Made by a program: the position numbers and the translations under genes. 64,000 bases of DNA from a plasmid, in sequence record OW967251.1; one strand, 5' to 3'. This document shows, piece by piece, positions 1-15,026 of this stretch. Each line of letters begins with the position of its first letter. Within the stretch, counting starts at the first letter, position 1. A model generated the notes under the pieces. It was given only the letters and a program-made list of their open reading frames with translations, did no database searches and had not been told where the DNA came from.

Positions 1-46
1 CCTCGTCTCGTGCCGGGTTTTTCTTGTGACGAACGAGCCGGCGACG

Positions 47-616
47 TCAGCCGTTGATCGGGATCGAGCGTCCCTGCTTCGGCGCGCTGACCTCGCGCTT
101 GTCGATCGTGACCGTGAGCACCCCGTTCTTGAACGATGCTTTGATCGAATCCTGGTTGGCGTCGTCAGGCAGGTTCAAGGCACGCTGAAAGCTGCCGTAG
201 GAGCGCTCCACACGGTGGAAGCCACCTTCCTTCTTCTCCTGTTCCTGGCGCTTCTCGCCACGCACCATCAGCACGTCGTTGTCGAGAGTGATCTGGATGT
301 CCTTCTCCTCGACACCGGGCACTTCCAGGGCAATCTTGTACTGCTTGTCGGTTTCCTGGATGTCCAGGGCCGGCTTCAGCATGCCCGACCAATCGGATGG
401 CCACTGCGGCATGTTCAACGCCGGAAAACCGAAGCCCCGGAATGCGTCATCGAACAGCCGGTCGATTTCCCGATGCAGTTGCAGGATCGGGCTGACTGGC
501 CCGCTCGCCGCTGGCAGGTCATTGCGCTGCACCGGCAGGGAAGAGACGGTCTGCTGCTCTTGCTGCTCGTTCTTGAACCAGTTCCAGGGAGCCAACTTCT
601 TGAAATCGATGTCCAT
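47..616 (-). CDS. small heat-shock protein, Hsp20/alpha-crystallin family (189 aa); resembles the sHsp of transmissible heat-resistance loci (tLST/LHR)
   Basis: ORF translation with an alpha-crystallin-like core (KIALEVPGVEEKDIQITLDNDVLMVRGEK...GFHRVERSYGSFQRALNLP). GC-rich; reverse-strand ORF 26..772 is antisense noise. Confidence 0.8.
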   Translation of the reverse strand: MDIDFKKLAPWNWFKNEQQEQQTVSSLPVQRNDLPAASGPVSPILQLHREIDRLFDDAFRGFGFPALNMPQWPSDWSGMLKPALDIQETDKQYKIALEVPGVEEKDIQITLDNDVLMVRGEKRQEQEKKEGGFHRVERSYGSFQRALNLPDDANQDSIKASFKNGVLTVTIDKREVSAPKQGRSIPING

Positions 617-650
617 GTCATACCTCCAGAAAAATTGGAAAACGAGTTAC

Positions 651-932
651 TCAAGCCCTTTGCCTGCTGTGACGGGCAGTGCGCCCAGGCGACACGGGCT
701 GCTCGGATGACTTCTGCTGTTCACGCTTGCGCATCACCTCCTTCTTTGCTGCGGCTCGGGTCTGATCATTGATCCACTGATCGATTTCACTTTGAGGAAA
801 CCGCCACGTCCCGCCCACCTTGAAAGCCGGAATTTCCCCGTGCGCGGCGAGCCGATAAAGCGTCCGCTTGCCGACTTTCAAGTACGCAGCCAATTCATCG
901 AGCGTGAAAATCACCTGTAGGTGCGCTTTCAT
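651..932 (-). CDS. excisionase/AlpA-type helix-turn-helix DNA-binding protein (93 aa)
   Basis: HTH signature LDELAAYLKVGKRTLYRLAAHGEIPAFKVGGTWRF; sits immediately upstream of the sHsp gene; start codon lies inside a tandem 20-bp duplication. Confidence 0.65.
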   Translation of the reverse strand: MKAHLQVIFTLDELAAYLKVGKRTLYRLAAHGEIPAFKVGGTWRFPQSEIDQWINDQTRAAAKKEVMRKREQQKSSEQPVSPGRTARHSRQRA

Positions 933-953
933 CCCTGTAGGTGCGCTTTCATC
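914..953. repeat. perfect tandem duplication of 20 bp (cctgtaggtgcgctttcatc x2) overlapping the start codon of the HTH gene
   Basis: direct reading of sequence at 914-933 and 934-953. Confidence 0.95.
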
Positions 954-1453
954 TCACCCTCTCCAATCGCGTCGCTTTGCGGTTCCGGCCAAGGAAATCC
1001 TTGTAATACTTTGTAAGATATTACGCTTACCATGACAGCCTTCAAGAGTCAATGTACAGCGTTCTCCCGCCCCATTGATGCAGGTCAACTGCTCAGGCAA
1101 GGCGCAGCGGGGCGGTCTGATCAGGCAATGGACAGCGCCTGGCTCGTCAGCCTGCGTGTACCACAGGCGCCTCGATCAAACACCGATCCTCACGTTGTAG
1201 CCGAGTGCCCGCAGCCCCTTGCTCGTCTGCATGTTCCTTGGCGGAAACTCGTCTGGGCGCGCCCAGACGACGATTTCCCCGAGGCTGCTCAGGCTAACGT
1301 GCGGAATTGCCCAGTCGTCGCTGCGGATCGCGTTCCAGAGTCGGGCCGAAACACTTCCGTTGCCCCAGACAACGTAGTTCAACAGTATCCGTCCGGCCAA
1401 CACACCTTCCCGACACCGCCGCCGAAGGCCATGGCCCATCAAGCGGATTTTCC

Positions 1454-1778
1454 ATGCGCCCTCAGCGCCGTACCTACAGCAAATCTTTCAAGGCTCAGGT
1501 CATTCAGGAGTGTTCTGAACCCGGTGCCTCCATCGCAAACATCGCCTTGGGCTACAGCCTCAATGCCAACCTCGACCACAAATGGATTCGGCTGCCTACC
1601 CAGAAAACCACGGCTATCCAGCCAGCGTTCATCCCGTTGCCTTCTCAAATGCTCGGCGTGGGTTCGCATACTCAAGCGCGCTGCTGCGATCATGAGTTTG
1701 ATCCAGTCGGCCCGTAATAATGGGCACGATCCGTATGCCTATCTCAAGGATGTGCTGACACGGTTGCCGTCCCTGTAA
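1454..1778 (+). mobile_element. degenerate IS66-family scar: orf1(TnpA)-like fragment fused out of frame to a TnpC C-terminal fragment
   Basis: frame of ORF 1307..1717 contains RRTYSKSFKAQVIQECSEPGASIANIALGYSLNANLDHKWIR (IS66 orf1 motif); frame of ORF 1032..1778 ends ...NNGHDPYAYLKDVLTRLPSL (IS66 TnpC C-terminus motif, compare [21 protein letters not shown] at 38040). Confidence 0.5.
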
Positions 1779-1938
1779 CAGCCTGAAGTTGACCTGGGTA
1801 ATCAAATACCGGTGTAGTGATTAGGAAACAGGGCTCGGATAACATCATGGCGCAGGTCACCCTGATCTTGACCCTCCATCTCCGAACAGCTTTTGTATCT
1901 TAAGTTAACGATGTCCGCTGCCGGTATTCCCTCGGGGA

Positions 1939-2238
1939 GTGATATCCCAGCGCGCTGTGCGGGTGGCTTCCATTTCCATCAGATGTCCTTCCTGCTCCGC
2001 TACTGAAGGCGTGGTGCGTAACGGCAAAAGCACTGCCGGACATCAGCGCTATCTCTGCTCTCACTGCCGTAAAACATGGCAACTACAGTTCACTTACACC
2101 GCCTCTCAGCCCGGTACGCACCAGAAAATCATTGATATGGCCATGAATGGCGTTGGATGCCGGGCAACCGCCCGCATTATGGGCGTTGGCCTCAACACGA
2201 TTTTACGTCACTTAAAAAACTCAGACCGCAGTCGGTAA
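1939..2238 (+). CDS. insA: IS1 InsA (possibly starts at GTG 1963)
   Basis: ...[85 protein letters not shown]. Confidence 0.85.
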   Translation: MISQRAVRVASISIRCPSCSATEGVVRNGKSTAGHQRYLCSHCRKTWQLQFTYTASQPGTHQKIIDMAMNGVGCRATARIMGVGLNTILRHLKNSDRSR

Positions 2239-2660
2239 CCTCACGCATACAACCGGGCAGTGACGTCATTGTTTGCGCGGAAATGGACGAACAGTGGGGT
2301 TACGTCGGTGCTAAATCACGCCAGCGCTGGTTGTTTTACGCGTATGACAGGATACGGAGGACGGTTGTGGCGCACGTATTCGGTGAACGCACGTTGTCCA
2401 CGCTGGAGCGTCTTCTGGGCCTGCTGTCGGCCTTTGAGGTCGTGGTATGGATGACGGATGGCTGGCCGCTTTATGAATCACGCCTGAAGGGAGAACTGCA
2501 CGTTATCAGCAAGCGATATACGCAGCGCATTGAGCGGCATAACCTGAATCTGAGGCAGCATCTGGCAAGGCTGGGCAGGAAGTCACTGTCGTTCTCAAAA
2601 TCGGTGGAGCTGCATGACAAAGTCATCGGGCATTATCTGAACATAAAACACTATCAGTAA
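2157..2660 (+). CDS. insB: IS1 InsB frame (expressed as InsAB' by frameshift)
   Basis: 167-aa ORF with canonical InsB sequence ...[26 protein letters not shown]...[21 protein letters not shown]. Confidence 0.85.
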   Translation: MPGNRPHYGRWPQHDFTSLKKLRPQSVTSRIQPGSDVIVCAEMDEQWGYVGAKSRQRWLFYAYDRIRRTVVAHVFGERTLSTLERLLGLLSAFEVVVWMTDGWPLYESRLKGELHVISKRYTQRIERHNLNLRQHLARLGRKSLSFSKSVELHDKVIGHYLNIKHYQ

Positions 2661-2850
2661 GTTGGAGTCATTACCTTCTTTGCCGCCGGACATTGTCCGG
2701 CGCAACACCAAACGGGTCTGGCGGGCTGAGCCAATCCCGCAGGCAAATTCAGCCCTTACCGGATGGCTCAGCCCCCTACTCATTGGAATTGGATATTCAA
2801 CTTTCAGGGGCTACTGCGCCAGACTTCAGTCTTTAAAGTGATTGACTTAG

Positions 2851-4046
<1,196 letters not shown>

Positions 4047-4469
4047 CTGTCATCGGCGGCGGTACGCTGGCTACCGTGAGCACCTACACACTCAGCTGCC
4101 TGATGAGCGCCGCTCTGGAGTTACCGCGTTGCTGCATTGTGATTGCCAACCTATCCGGCAGCTATGTGGCTCAGACCAAGGCAATTGCCGAAGCAATCTC
4201 TAACCTCCAGCAAGAAGCCAGTCGCCAAGCGAGCACCATCACCCCCGTGCAGTTGGCGGGTACCTGTTCATCCCTGGCGCCTCTCCGCCTTGATGCTGGC
4301 AGATTCAGTCTGGCCTCGCGGTTCGACCTACCGAAATATCGGCGGTTACATTGTCCCCAGAGCTTCAGACCCGGCTGTTACCGGCCACGCCTGTCTGGGT
4401 AGGGAACGAGTGGTGGAACAGTCGGTTCCGTCGGGCGTTAACCTGCGGAACAGAAACCCATGCGACTTT

Positions 4470-5000
4470 CAGGTCGCACTGCCGAAATAATACTGGTTTC
4501 CCTTCTTGGTCTGGTGCATTTCCGGGTCGCGCTTGCCGTCCTTGTTCTTGGTCGAACTGGGCGCATTGATCAGCGTTGCATCGACGATGGTGCCCTGGCG
4601 CAGCGACAGGCCGCGGTCGCCCAGAGCCATTGATGACAGCGAGGATGCCGGCCGCCAGCTCGTGTTTCTCCAGCAAGCGGCGGAAGTTGAGAATGGTGGT
4701 TTCGTCGGGGATGCGCTCCAGGTTCAGCCCGGCAAACTGGCGCAGGATCGTGGTTTCGTACAGCGCTTCCTCCATCGCTGGATCGCTGTAGCCGAACCAG
4801 TTCTGCAGCAGATGCACACGCAGCATCGCCATCAACGGGTAGGCCGGACGGCCACCTTCACCCTTCGGATAATGTGGCTCGATCAAAGCAATCAAGCCCT
4901 TCCACGGCACCACCCGATCCATCTCGATCAGGAACAACTCCTTGCGGGTTTGCTTGCGCTTGCCAGCGTACTCGGCGTCGGCGAAGGTCATCTGCTTCAT
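4470..5000 (-). pseudogene. IS5-family transposase gene, 1-nt frameshift after ...ILAVING and 3' truncation
   Basis: two reading frames needed to recover a contiguous transposase alignment (ORF 4365..5000 plus reverse frame of 4500-4640). Confidence 0.75.
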
Positions 5001-5068
5001 CGGGAAACTCGGTGGGTGGGGGCGCGGTATTTTGCCAAATCAGAAAGTCTTTTTCAGAGTTTCCCTAG
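4470..5068 (-). mobile_element. truncated copy A of a second IS5-family IS (left end plus 5' ~530 bp of the transposase gene, frameshifted)
   Basis: Terminal sequence gggaaactctgaaaaagac at 5049-5068 (reverse strand). Transposase N-terminus MKQMTFADAEYAGKRKQTRKELFLIEMDRVVPWKGL.... Reading continues in another frame as [48 protein letters not shown], then homology stops near 4470. Confidence 0.8.
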
Positions 5069-5107
5069 GCTGACAAGCCAAGCGCTGGATCGCAACCATC
5101 CATCACC

Positions 5108-9513
<4,406 letters not shown>

Positions 9514-9791
9514 TTGATCACCTTTTGCAATATTGCTGGCCGCACAATTGCGGTTCGCGATGCAAAGGATAGAAATTCCTTGTTAACGCACTGTTTCTAA
9601 AGGATGACATTTCGATGAATACTTCGAATCTGCCGTAGCGGGGCGGCAAGCGAAGCCGTGGAAGAACGGGCGCAACGTAGCGTCTTTCTTCACGCGGGAT
9701 ACAGGAGGCTTTGATTGATACTGCTGCGGATTCGCTACAGTAACGTTGGGCCAGAACGTAATGCCATCCAAGCAAGAGAGCGCACACTAGG

Positions 9792-10164
9792 GAAACTCTG
9801 AAAAAGACTTTCTGATTTGGCAAAATACCGCGCCCCCACCCACCGAGTTTCCCGATGAAGCAGATGACCTTCGCCGACGCCGAGTACGCTGGCAAGCGCA
9901 AGCAAACCCGCAAGGAGTTGTTCCTGATCGAGATGGATCGGGTGGTGCCGTGGAAGGGCTTGATTGCTTTGATCGAGCCACATTATCCGAAGGGTGAAGG
10001 TGGCCGTCCGGCCTACCCGTTGATGGCGATGCTGCGTGTGCATCTGCTGCAGAACTGGTTCGGCTACAGCGATCCAGCGATGGAGGAAGCGCTGTACGAA
10101 ACCACGATCCTGCGCCAGTTTGCCGGGCTGAACCTGGAGCGCATCCCCGACGAAACCACCATTT
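9792..10164 (+). mobile_element. truncated copy B of the same IS5-family IS (left end plus first ~100 codons of transposase), inverted relative to copy A
   Basis: gggaaactctgaaaaagac at 9792; ORF 9855..10175 identical N-terminus MKQMTFADAEYAGKRKQTRKELFLIEMDRVVPWKGL...; homology to copy A ends after ...DETTI at 10164. Confidence 0.8.
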
Positions 10165-10316
10165 GTTGGCGCTGATGGAAAATTGACCCACCCTGCCGAT
10201 TGAAATTTGACCCAGGGCGGATTGCTGATTTTGTTACCAGCAACTGTGGATAAGTCTACCAGCGCAGCTGCTGTTGCCCCCACTCCTTCGCTAGCCCAGT
10301 TCAGTTGTTTAAGACC

Positions 10317-11136
10317 GGCACTGTTGCAAAGTTAGCGATGAGGCAGCCTTTTGTCTTATTCAAAGGCCTTACATTTCAAAAACTCTGCTTACCAGGCGCA
10401 TTTCGCCCAGGGGATCACCATAATAAAATGCTGAGGCCTGGCCTTTGCGTAGTGCACGCATCACCTCAATACCTTTGATGGTGGCGTAAGCCGTCTTCAT
10501 GGATTTAAATCCCAGCGTGGCGCCGATTATCCGTTTCAGTTTGCCATGATCGCATTCAATCACGTTGTTCCGGTACTTAATCTGTCGGTGTTCAACGTCA
10601 GACGGGCACCGGCCTTCGCGTTTGAGCAGAGCAAGCGCGCGACCATAGGCGGGCGCTTTATCCGTGTTGATGAATCGCGGGATCTGCCACTTCTTCACGT
10701 TGTTGAGGATTTTACCCAGAAACCGGTATGCAGCTTTGCTGTTACGACGGGAGGAGAGATAAAAATCGACAGTGCGGCCCCGGCTGTCGACGGCCCGGTA
10801 CAGATACGCCCAGCGGCCATTGACCTTCACGTAGGTTTCATCCATGTGCCACGGGCAAAGATCGGAAGGGTTACGCCAGTACCAGCGCAGCCGTTTTTCC
10901 ATTTCAGGCGCATAACGCTGAACCCAGCGGTAAATCGTGGAGTGATCGACATTCACTCCGCGTTCAGCCAGCATCTCCTGCAGCTCACGGTAACTGATGC
11001 CGTATTTGCAGTACCAGCGTACGGCCCACCGAATGATGTCACGCTGAAAATGCCGGCCTTTGAATGGGTTCATGTGCAGCTCCATCAGCAAAAGGGGATG
11101 ATAAGTTTATCACCACCGACTATTTGCAACAGTGCC
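10317..11136 (-). mobile_element. IS26 (820 bp), copy 1
   Basis: 14-bp IRs ggcactgttgcaaa at 10317 and tttgcaacagtgcc ending 11136. Confidence 0.95.
10369..11073 (-). CDS. tnp26: IS26 transposase Tnp26 (234 aa from MNPFKG)
   Basis: [68 protein letters not shown]... Confidence 0.95.
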   Translation of the reverse strand: MNPFKGRHFQRDIIRWAVRWYCKYGISYRELQEMLAERGVNVDHSTIYRWVQRYAPEMEKRLRWYWRNPSDLCPWHMDETYVKVNGRWAYLYRAVDSRGRTVDFYLSSRRNSKAAYRFLGKILNNVKKWQIPRFINTDKAPAYGRALALLKREGRCPSDVEHRQIKYRNNVIECDHGKLKRIIGATLGFKSMKTAYATIKGIEVMRALRKGQASAFYYGDPLGEMRLVSRVFEM

Positions 11137-12329
11137 AAAACAATCACGTCAGACCTAAAGACAGAAAGTTGTTACTGACCACCATCCTGGCCGATGGTAT
11201 CAACCTTGGACTGACAAAAATGGCCGAATCCTGTCCGGGAACGACCAAATCGTCACTCGAGGGCATTCAGGCCTGGTACATCAGGGATGAAACCTATTCA
11301 GCTGCGCTGGCCGAGTTGGTCAATGCCCAGAAAAAAAGCCCTCTGGCGGCATTCTGGGGCGATGGAACAACGTCATCGTCTGATGGACAGAACTTTCGGG
11401 TGGGGAGTCACGGGCGTTATGCTGGTCAGGTCAATCTTAAATACGGTCAGGATCCAAGCGTGCAGATTTATACGCATATTTCGGACCAATACAGCCCGTT
11501 TTACACCAAAGTTATCAGCCGCGTGCGGGATTCAACACACGTACTTGATGGTCTGCTGTACCACGAAACTGATCTGGAAATTACAGAGCATTACACCGAC
11601 ACAGCAGGTTTCACTGAGCATGTTTTTGCGCTAATGCATCTGCTCGGATTCGCTTTTGCGCCAAGGATCCGGGATCTTCATGACAAACGGCTGTTTATTC
11701 ATGGAAAAGCTGAGTTGTATCAGGGGCTTCAGTCAATCATCTCGACAACCAGCCTGAATCTAAAGGAAATTGAAACCCACTGGCATGAGGTGCTGCGTCT
11801 GGCAAGTTCTATAAAGCAGGGAACGGTAACAGCATCACTGATGATGAAAAAGCTGGCAAGCTATCCGAAGCAGAATGGTCTGGCAAAGGCGCTGAGAGAG
11901 ATTGGCCGCATCGAAAGGTCATTGTTTATGCTGGACTGGTTCAGGGATCCTTTACTGCGTCGACGCGTACAGGCGGGGCTGAATAAAGGTGAGGCTCGCA
12001 ATGCCCTTGCGCGAGCGGTCTTTATGCATCGGCTGGGTGAAATCAGAGATCGGGGGCTGGAGAATCAGAGCTATCGAGCCAGCGGTCTGACGTTGCTGAC
12101 TGCGGCGATCTCACTGTGGAATACGGTATATATAGAAAGAGCGATAGATTCTTTGAGACGAAAAGGGATCCCGATTAATGAGCAACTGATTACCCATCTG
12201 TCACCACTGGGATGGGAACATATCAACCTGAGCGGGGATTACGTCTGGAGAACGAACCTCAAACTGGGACAGGGTAAATACCGCGCATTACGCTCAGTGA
12301 ATAGTAATATGTACAAAAAACAGGCTTAG
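11137..12329 (+). pseudogene. 3' part (C-terminal ~397 aa) of a Tn3-family (Tn21-subgroup-like) transposase gene, 5' end removed at the IS26 boundary
   Basis: ORF 11064..12329 aligns with the C-terminus of the complete Tn21 TnpA at 28500-29649 ([25 protein letters not shown]...[15 protein letters not shown]...) but clearly diverged. Confidence 0.85.
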
Positions 12330-12362
12330 CGTAGGATAATTTCCGTTTTCCAAGCGGACCCC
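12325..12362 (+). repeat. 38-bp terminal inverted repeat of the truncated Tn3-family transposon (cttagcgtaggataatttccgttttccaagcggacccc, outer end at 12362)
   Basis: typical GGGG...TAAG Tn3-family IR overlapping the tnpA stop; abuts IS26-internal sequence. Confidence 0.8.
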
Positions 12363-13097
12363 ATTTTCAGCGTGACATCATTCTGTGGGCCGTACGCTGG
12401 TACTGCAAATACGGCATCAGTTACCGTGAGCTGCAGGAGATGCTGGCTGAACGCGGAGTGAATGTCGATCACTCCACGATTTACCGCTGGGTTCAGCGTT
12501 ATGCGCCTGAAATGGAAAAACGGCTGCGCTGGTACTGGCGTAACCCTTCCGATCTTTGCCCGTGGCACATGGATGAAACCTACGTGAAGGTCAATGGCCG
12601 CTGGGCGTATCTGTACCGGGCCGTCGACAGCCGGGGCCGCACTGTCGATTTTTATCTCTCCTCCCGTCGTAACAGCAAAGCTGCATACCGGTTTCTGGGT
12701 AAAATCCTCAACAACGTGAAGAAGTGGCAGATCCCGCGATTCATCAACACGGATAAAGCGCCCGCCTATGGTCGCGCGCTTGCTCTGCTCAAACGCGAAG
12801 GCCGGTGCCCGTCTGACGTTGAACACCGACAGATTAAGTACCGGAACAACGTGATTGAATGCGATCATGGCAAACTGAAACGGATAATCGGCGCCACGCT
12901 GGGATTTAAATCCATGAAGACGGCTTACGCCACCATCAAAGGTATTGAGGTGATGCGTGCACTACGCAAAGGCCAGGCCTCAGCATTTTATTATGGTGAT
13001 CCCCTGGGCGAAATGCGCCTGGTAAGCAGAGTTTTTGAAATGTAAGGCCTTTGAATAAGACAAAAGGCTGCCTCATCGCTAACTTTGCAACAGTGCC
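12363..13097 (+). mobile_element. truncated IS26 (lacks the first ~95 bp), part of a rearranged Tn4352
   Basis: sequence identical to IS26 from attttcagcgtgacatc... to terminal tttgcaacagtgcc (13084-13097); ORF 12440..13045 is the Tnp26 C-terminal 201 aa. Confidence 0.9.
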
Positions 13098-13234
13098 AAT
13101 TTATGAGTAAAGGATTATGTCCACGATAAGCACCTGGGTCGATTCCTGGGAGGCGGCCATGAGGGTAGGGAAGCGCCGTCCCGTCAAGTCAGCGTAATGC
13201 TCTGCCAGTGTTACAACCAATTAACCAATTCTGA

Positions 13235-14050
13235 TTAGAAAAACTCATCGAGCATCAAATGAAACTGCAATTTATTCATATCAGGATTATCAATACCATA
13301 TTTTTGAAAAAGCCGTTTCTGTAATGAAGGAGAAAACTCACCGAGGCAGTTCCATAGGATGGCAAGATCCTGGTATCGGTCTGCGATTCCGACTCGTCCA
13401 ACATCAATACAACCTATTAATTTCCCCTCGTCAAAAATAAGGTTATCAAGTGAGAAATCACCATGAGTGACGACTGAATCCGGTGAGAATGGCAAAAGCT
13501 TATGCATTTCTTTCCAGACTTGTTCAACAGGCCAGCCATTACGCTCGTCATCAAAATCACTCGCATCAACCAAACCGTTATTCATTCGTGATTGCGCCTG
13601 AGCGAGACGAAATACGCGATCGCTGTTAAAAGGACAATTACAAACAGGAATCGAATGCAACCGGCGCAGGAACACTGCCAGCGCATCAACAATATTTTCA
13701 CCTGAATCAGGATATTCTTCTAATACCTGGAATGCTGTTTTCCCGGGGATCGCAGTGGTGAGTAACCATGCATCATCAGGAGTACGGATAAAATGCTTGA
13801 TGGTCGGAAGAGGCATAAATTCCGTCAGCCAGTTTAGTCTGACCATCTCATCTGTAACATCATTGGCAACGCTACCTTTGCCATGTTTCAGAAACAACTC
13901 TGGCGCATCGGGCTTCCCATACAATCGATAGATTGTCGCACCTGATTGCCCGACATTATCGCGAGCCCATTTATACCCATATAAATCAGCATCCATGTTG
14001 GAATTTAATCGCGGCCTCGAGCAAGACGTTTCCCGTTGAATATGGCTCAT
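13235..14050 (-). CDS. aph(3')-Ia: aminoglycoside 3'-phosphotransferase APH(3')-Ia (kanamycin/neomycin resistance)
   Basis: MSHIQRETSCSRPRLNSNMDADLYGYKWARDNVGQSGATIYRLYGKPDAPELFLKHGKGS... 271 aa, Tn903/Tn4352 aphA1. Confidence 0.95.
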   Translation of the reverse strand: MSHIQRETSCSRPRLNSNMDADLYGYKWARDNVGQSGATIYRLYGKPDAPELFLKHGKGSVANDVTDEMVRLNWLTEFMPLPTIKHFIRTPDDAWLLTTAIPGKTAFQVLEEYPDSGENIVDALAVFLRRLHSIPVCNCPFNSDRVFRLAQAQSRMNNGLVDASDFDDERNGWPVEQVWKEMHKLLPFSPDSVVTHGDFSLDNLIFDEGKLIGCIDVGRVGIADRYQDLAILWNCLGEFSPSLQKRLFQKYGIDNPDMNKLQFHLMLDEFF

Positions 14051-14137
14051 AACACCCCTTGTATTACTGTTTATGTAAGCAGACAGTTTTATTGTTCATG
14101 ATGATATATTTTTATCTTGTGCAATGTAACATCAGAG

Positions 14138-14957
14138 GGCACTGTTGCAAATAGTCGGTGGTGATAAACTTATCATCCCCTTTTGCTGATGGAGCTGCAC
14201 ATGAACCCATTCAAAGGCCGGCATTTTCAGCGTGACATCATTCTGTGGGCCGTACGCTGGTACTGCAAATACGGCATCAGTTACCGTGAGCTGCAGGAGA
14301 TGCTGGCTGAACGCGGAGTGAATGTCGATCACTCCACGATTTACCGCTGGGTTCAGCGTTATGCGCCTGAAATGGAAAAACGGCTGCGCTGGTACTGGCG
14401 TAACCCTTCCGATCTTTGCCCGTGGCACATGGATGAAACCTACGTGAAGGTCAATGGCCGCTGGGCGTATCTGTACCGGGCCGTCGACAGCCGGGGCCGC
14501 ACTGTCGATTTTTATCTCTCCTCCCGTCGTAACAGCAAAGCTGCATACCGGTTTCTGGGTAAAATCCTCAACAACGTGAAGAAGTGGCAGATCCCGCGAT
14601 TCATCAACACGGATAAAGCGCCCGCCTATGGTCGCGCGCTTGCTCTGCTCAAACGCGAAGGCCGGTGCCCGTCTGACGTTGAACACCGACAGATTAAGTA
14701 CCGGAACAACGTGATTGAATGCGATCATGGCAAACTGAAACGGATAATCGGCGCCACGCTGGGATTTAAATCCATGAAGACGGCTTACGCCACCATCAAA
14801 GGTATTGAGGTGATGCGTGCACTACGCAAAGGCCAGGCCTCAGCATTTTATTATGGTGATCCCCTGGGCGAAATGCGCCTGGTAAGCAGAGTTTTTGAAA
14901 TGTAAGGCCTTTGAATAAGACAAAAGGCTGCCTCATCGCTAACTTTGCAACAGTGCC
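14138..14957 (+). mobile_element. IS26 (820 bp), copy 3
   Basis: ggcactgttgcaaa at 14138, tttgcaacagtgcc ending 14957. Confidence 0.95.
14201..14905 (+). CDS. tnp26: IS26 transposase Tnp26 (differs from copy 1 at one residue, ...DIILWAV... vs DIIRWAV)
   Basis: ORF translation. Confidence 0.95.
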   Translation: MNPFKGRHFQRDIILWAVRWYCKYGISYRELQEMLAERGVNVDHSTIYRWVQRYAPEMEKRLRWYWRNPSDLCPWHMDETYVKVNGRWAYLYRAVDSRGRTVDFYLSSRRNSKAAYRFLGKILNNVKKWQIPRFINTDKAPAYGRALALLKREGRCPSDVEHRQIKYRNNVIECDHGKLKRIIGATLGFKSMKTAYATIKGIEVMRALRKGQASAFYYGDPLGEMRLVSRVFEM

Positions 14958-15026
14958 GGATTGAATATAACCGACGTGACTGTTACATTTAGGTGGCTAA
15001 ACCCGTCAAGCCCTCAGGAGTGAATC

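Larger units (their letters stand above)
1907..2674 (+). mobile_element. IS1 copy 1 (divergent isoform); left end position approximate
   Basis: InsA/InsB ORFs; right end ...aacactatcagtaagttggagtcattacc at 2646-2674; left terminal region diverged from copy 2. Confidence 0.85.

Noticed and set aside
26-772. 248-aa ORF on + strand
   Set aside because: Antisense to the Hsp20 gene in GC-rich DNA; no recognisable domain; typical shadow ORF.
1024-1030. cgcttac heptamer resembling an IS66-family right terminus
   Set aside because: Only 7 nt, no extended IR, and orientation would place the HTH and sHsp genes inside the element; judged coincidental.
1176-1442. 88-aa ORF on - strand
   Set aside because: No recognisable family; overlaps the IS66-like scar; insufficient evidence to call a gene.
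4047-4469. Considered whether this is the missing 3' half of the IS5-family element
   Set aside because: No transposase C-terminal motifs in any frame on either strand and no matching terminal repeat.
10165-10316. 150-bp spacer with a perfect DnaA box (tgtggataa) and two ttgaccca-containing repeats; considered as an origin remnant
   Set aside because: Too short and no rep gene or AT-rich unwinding element nearby; cannot be supported from sequence alone.
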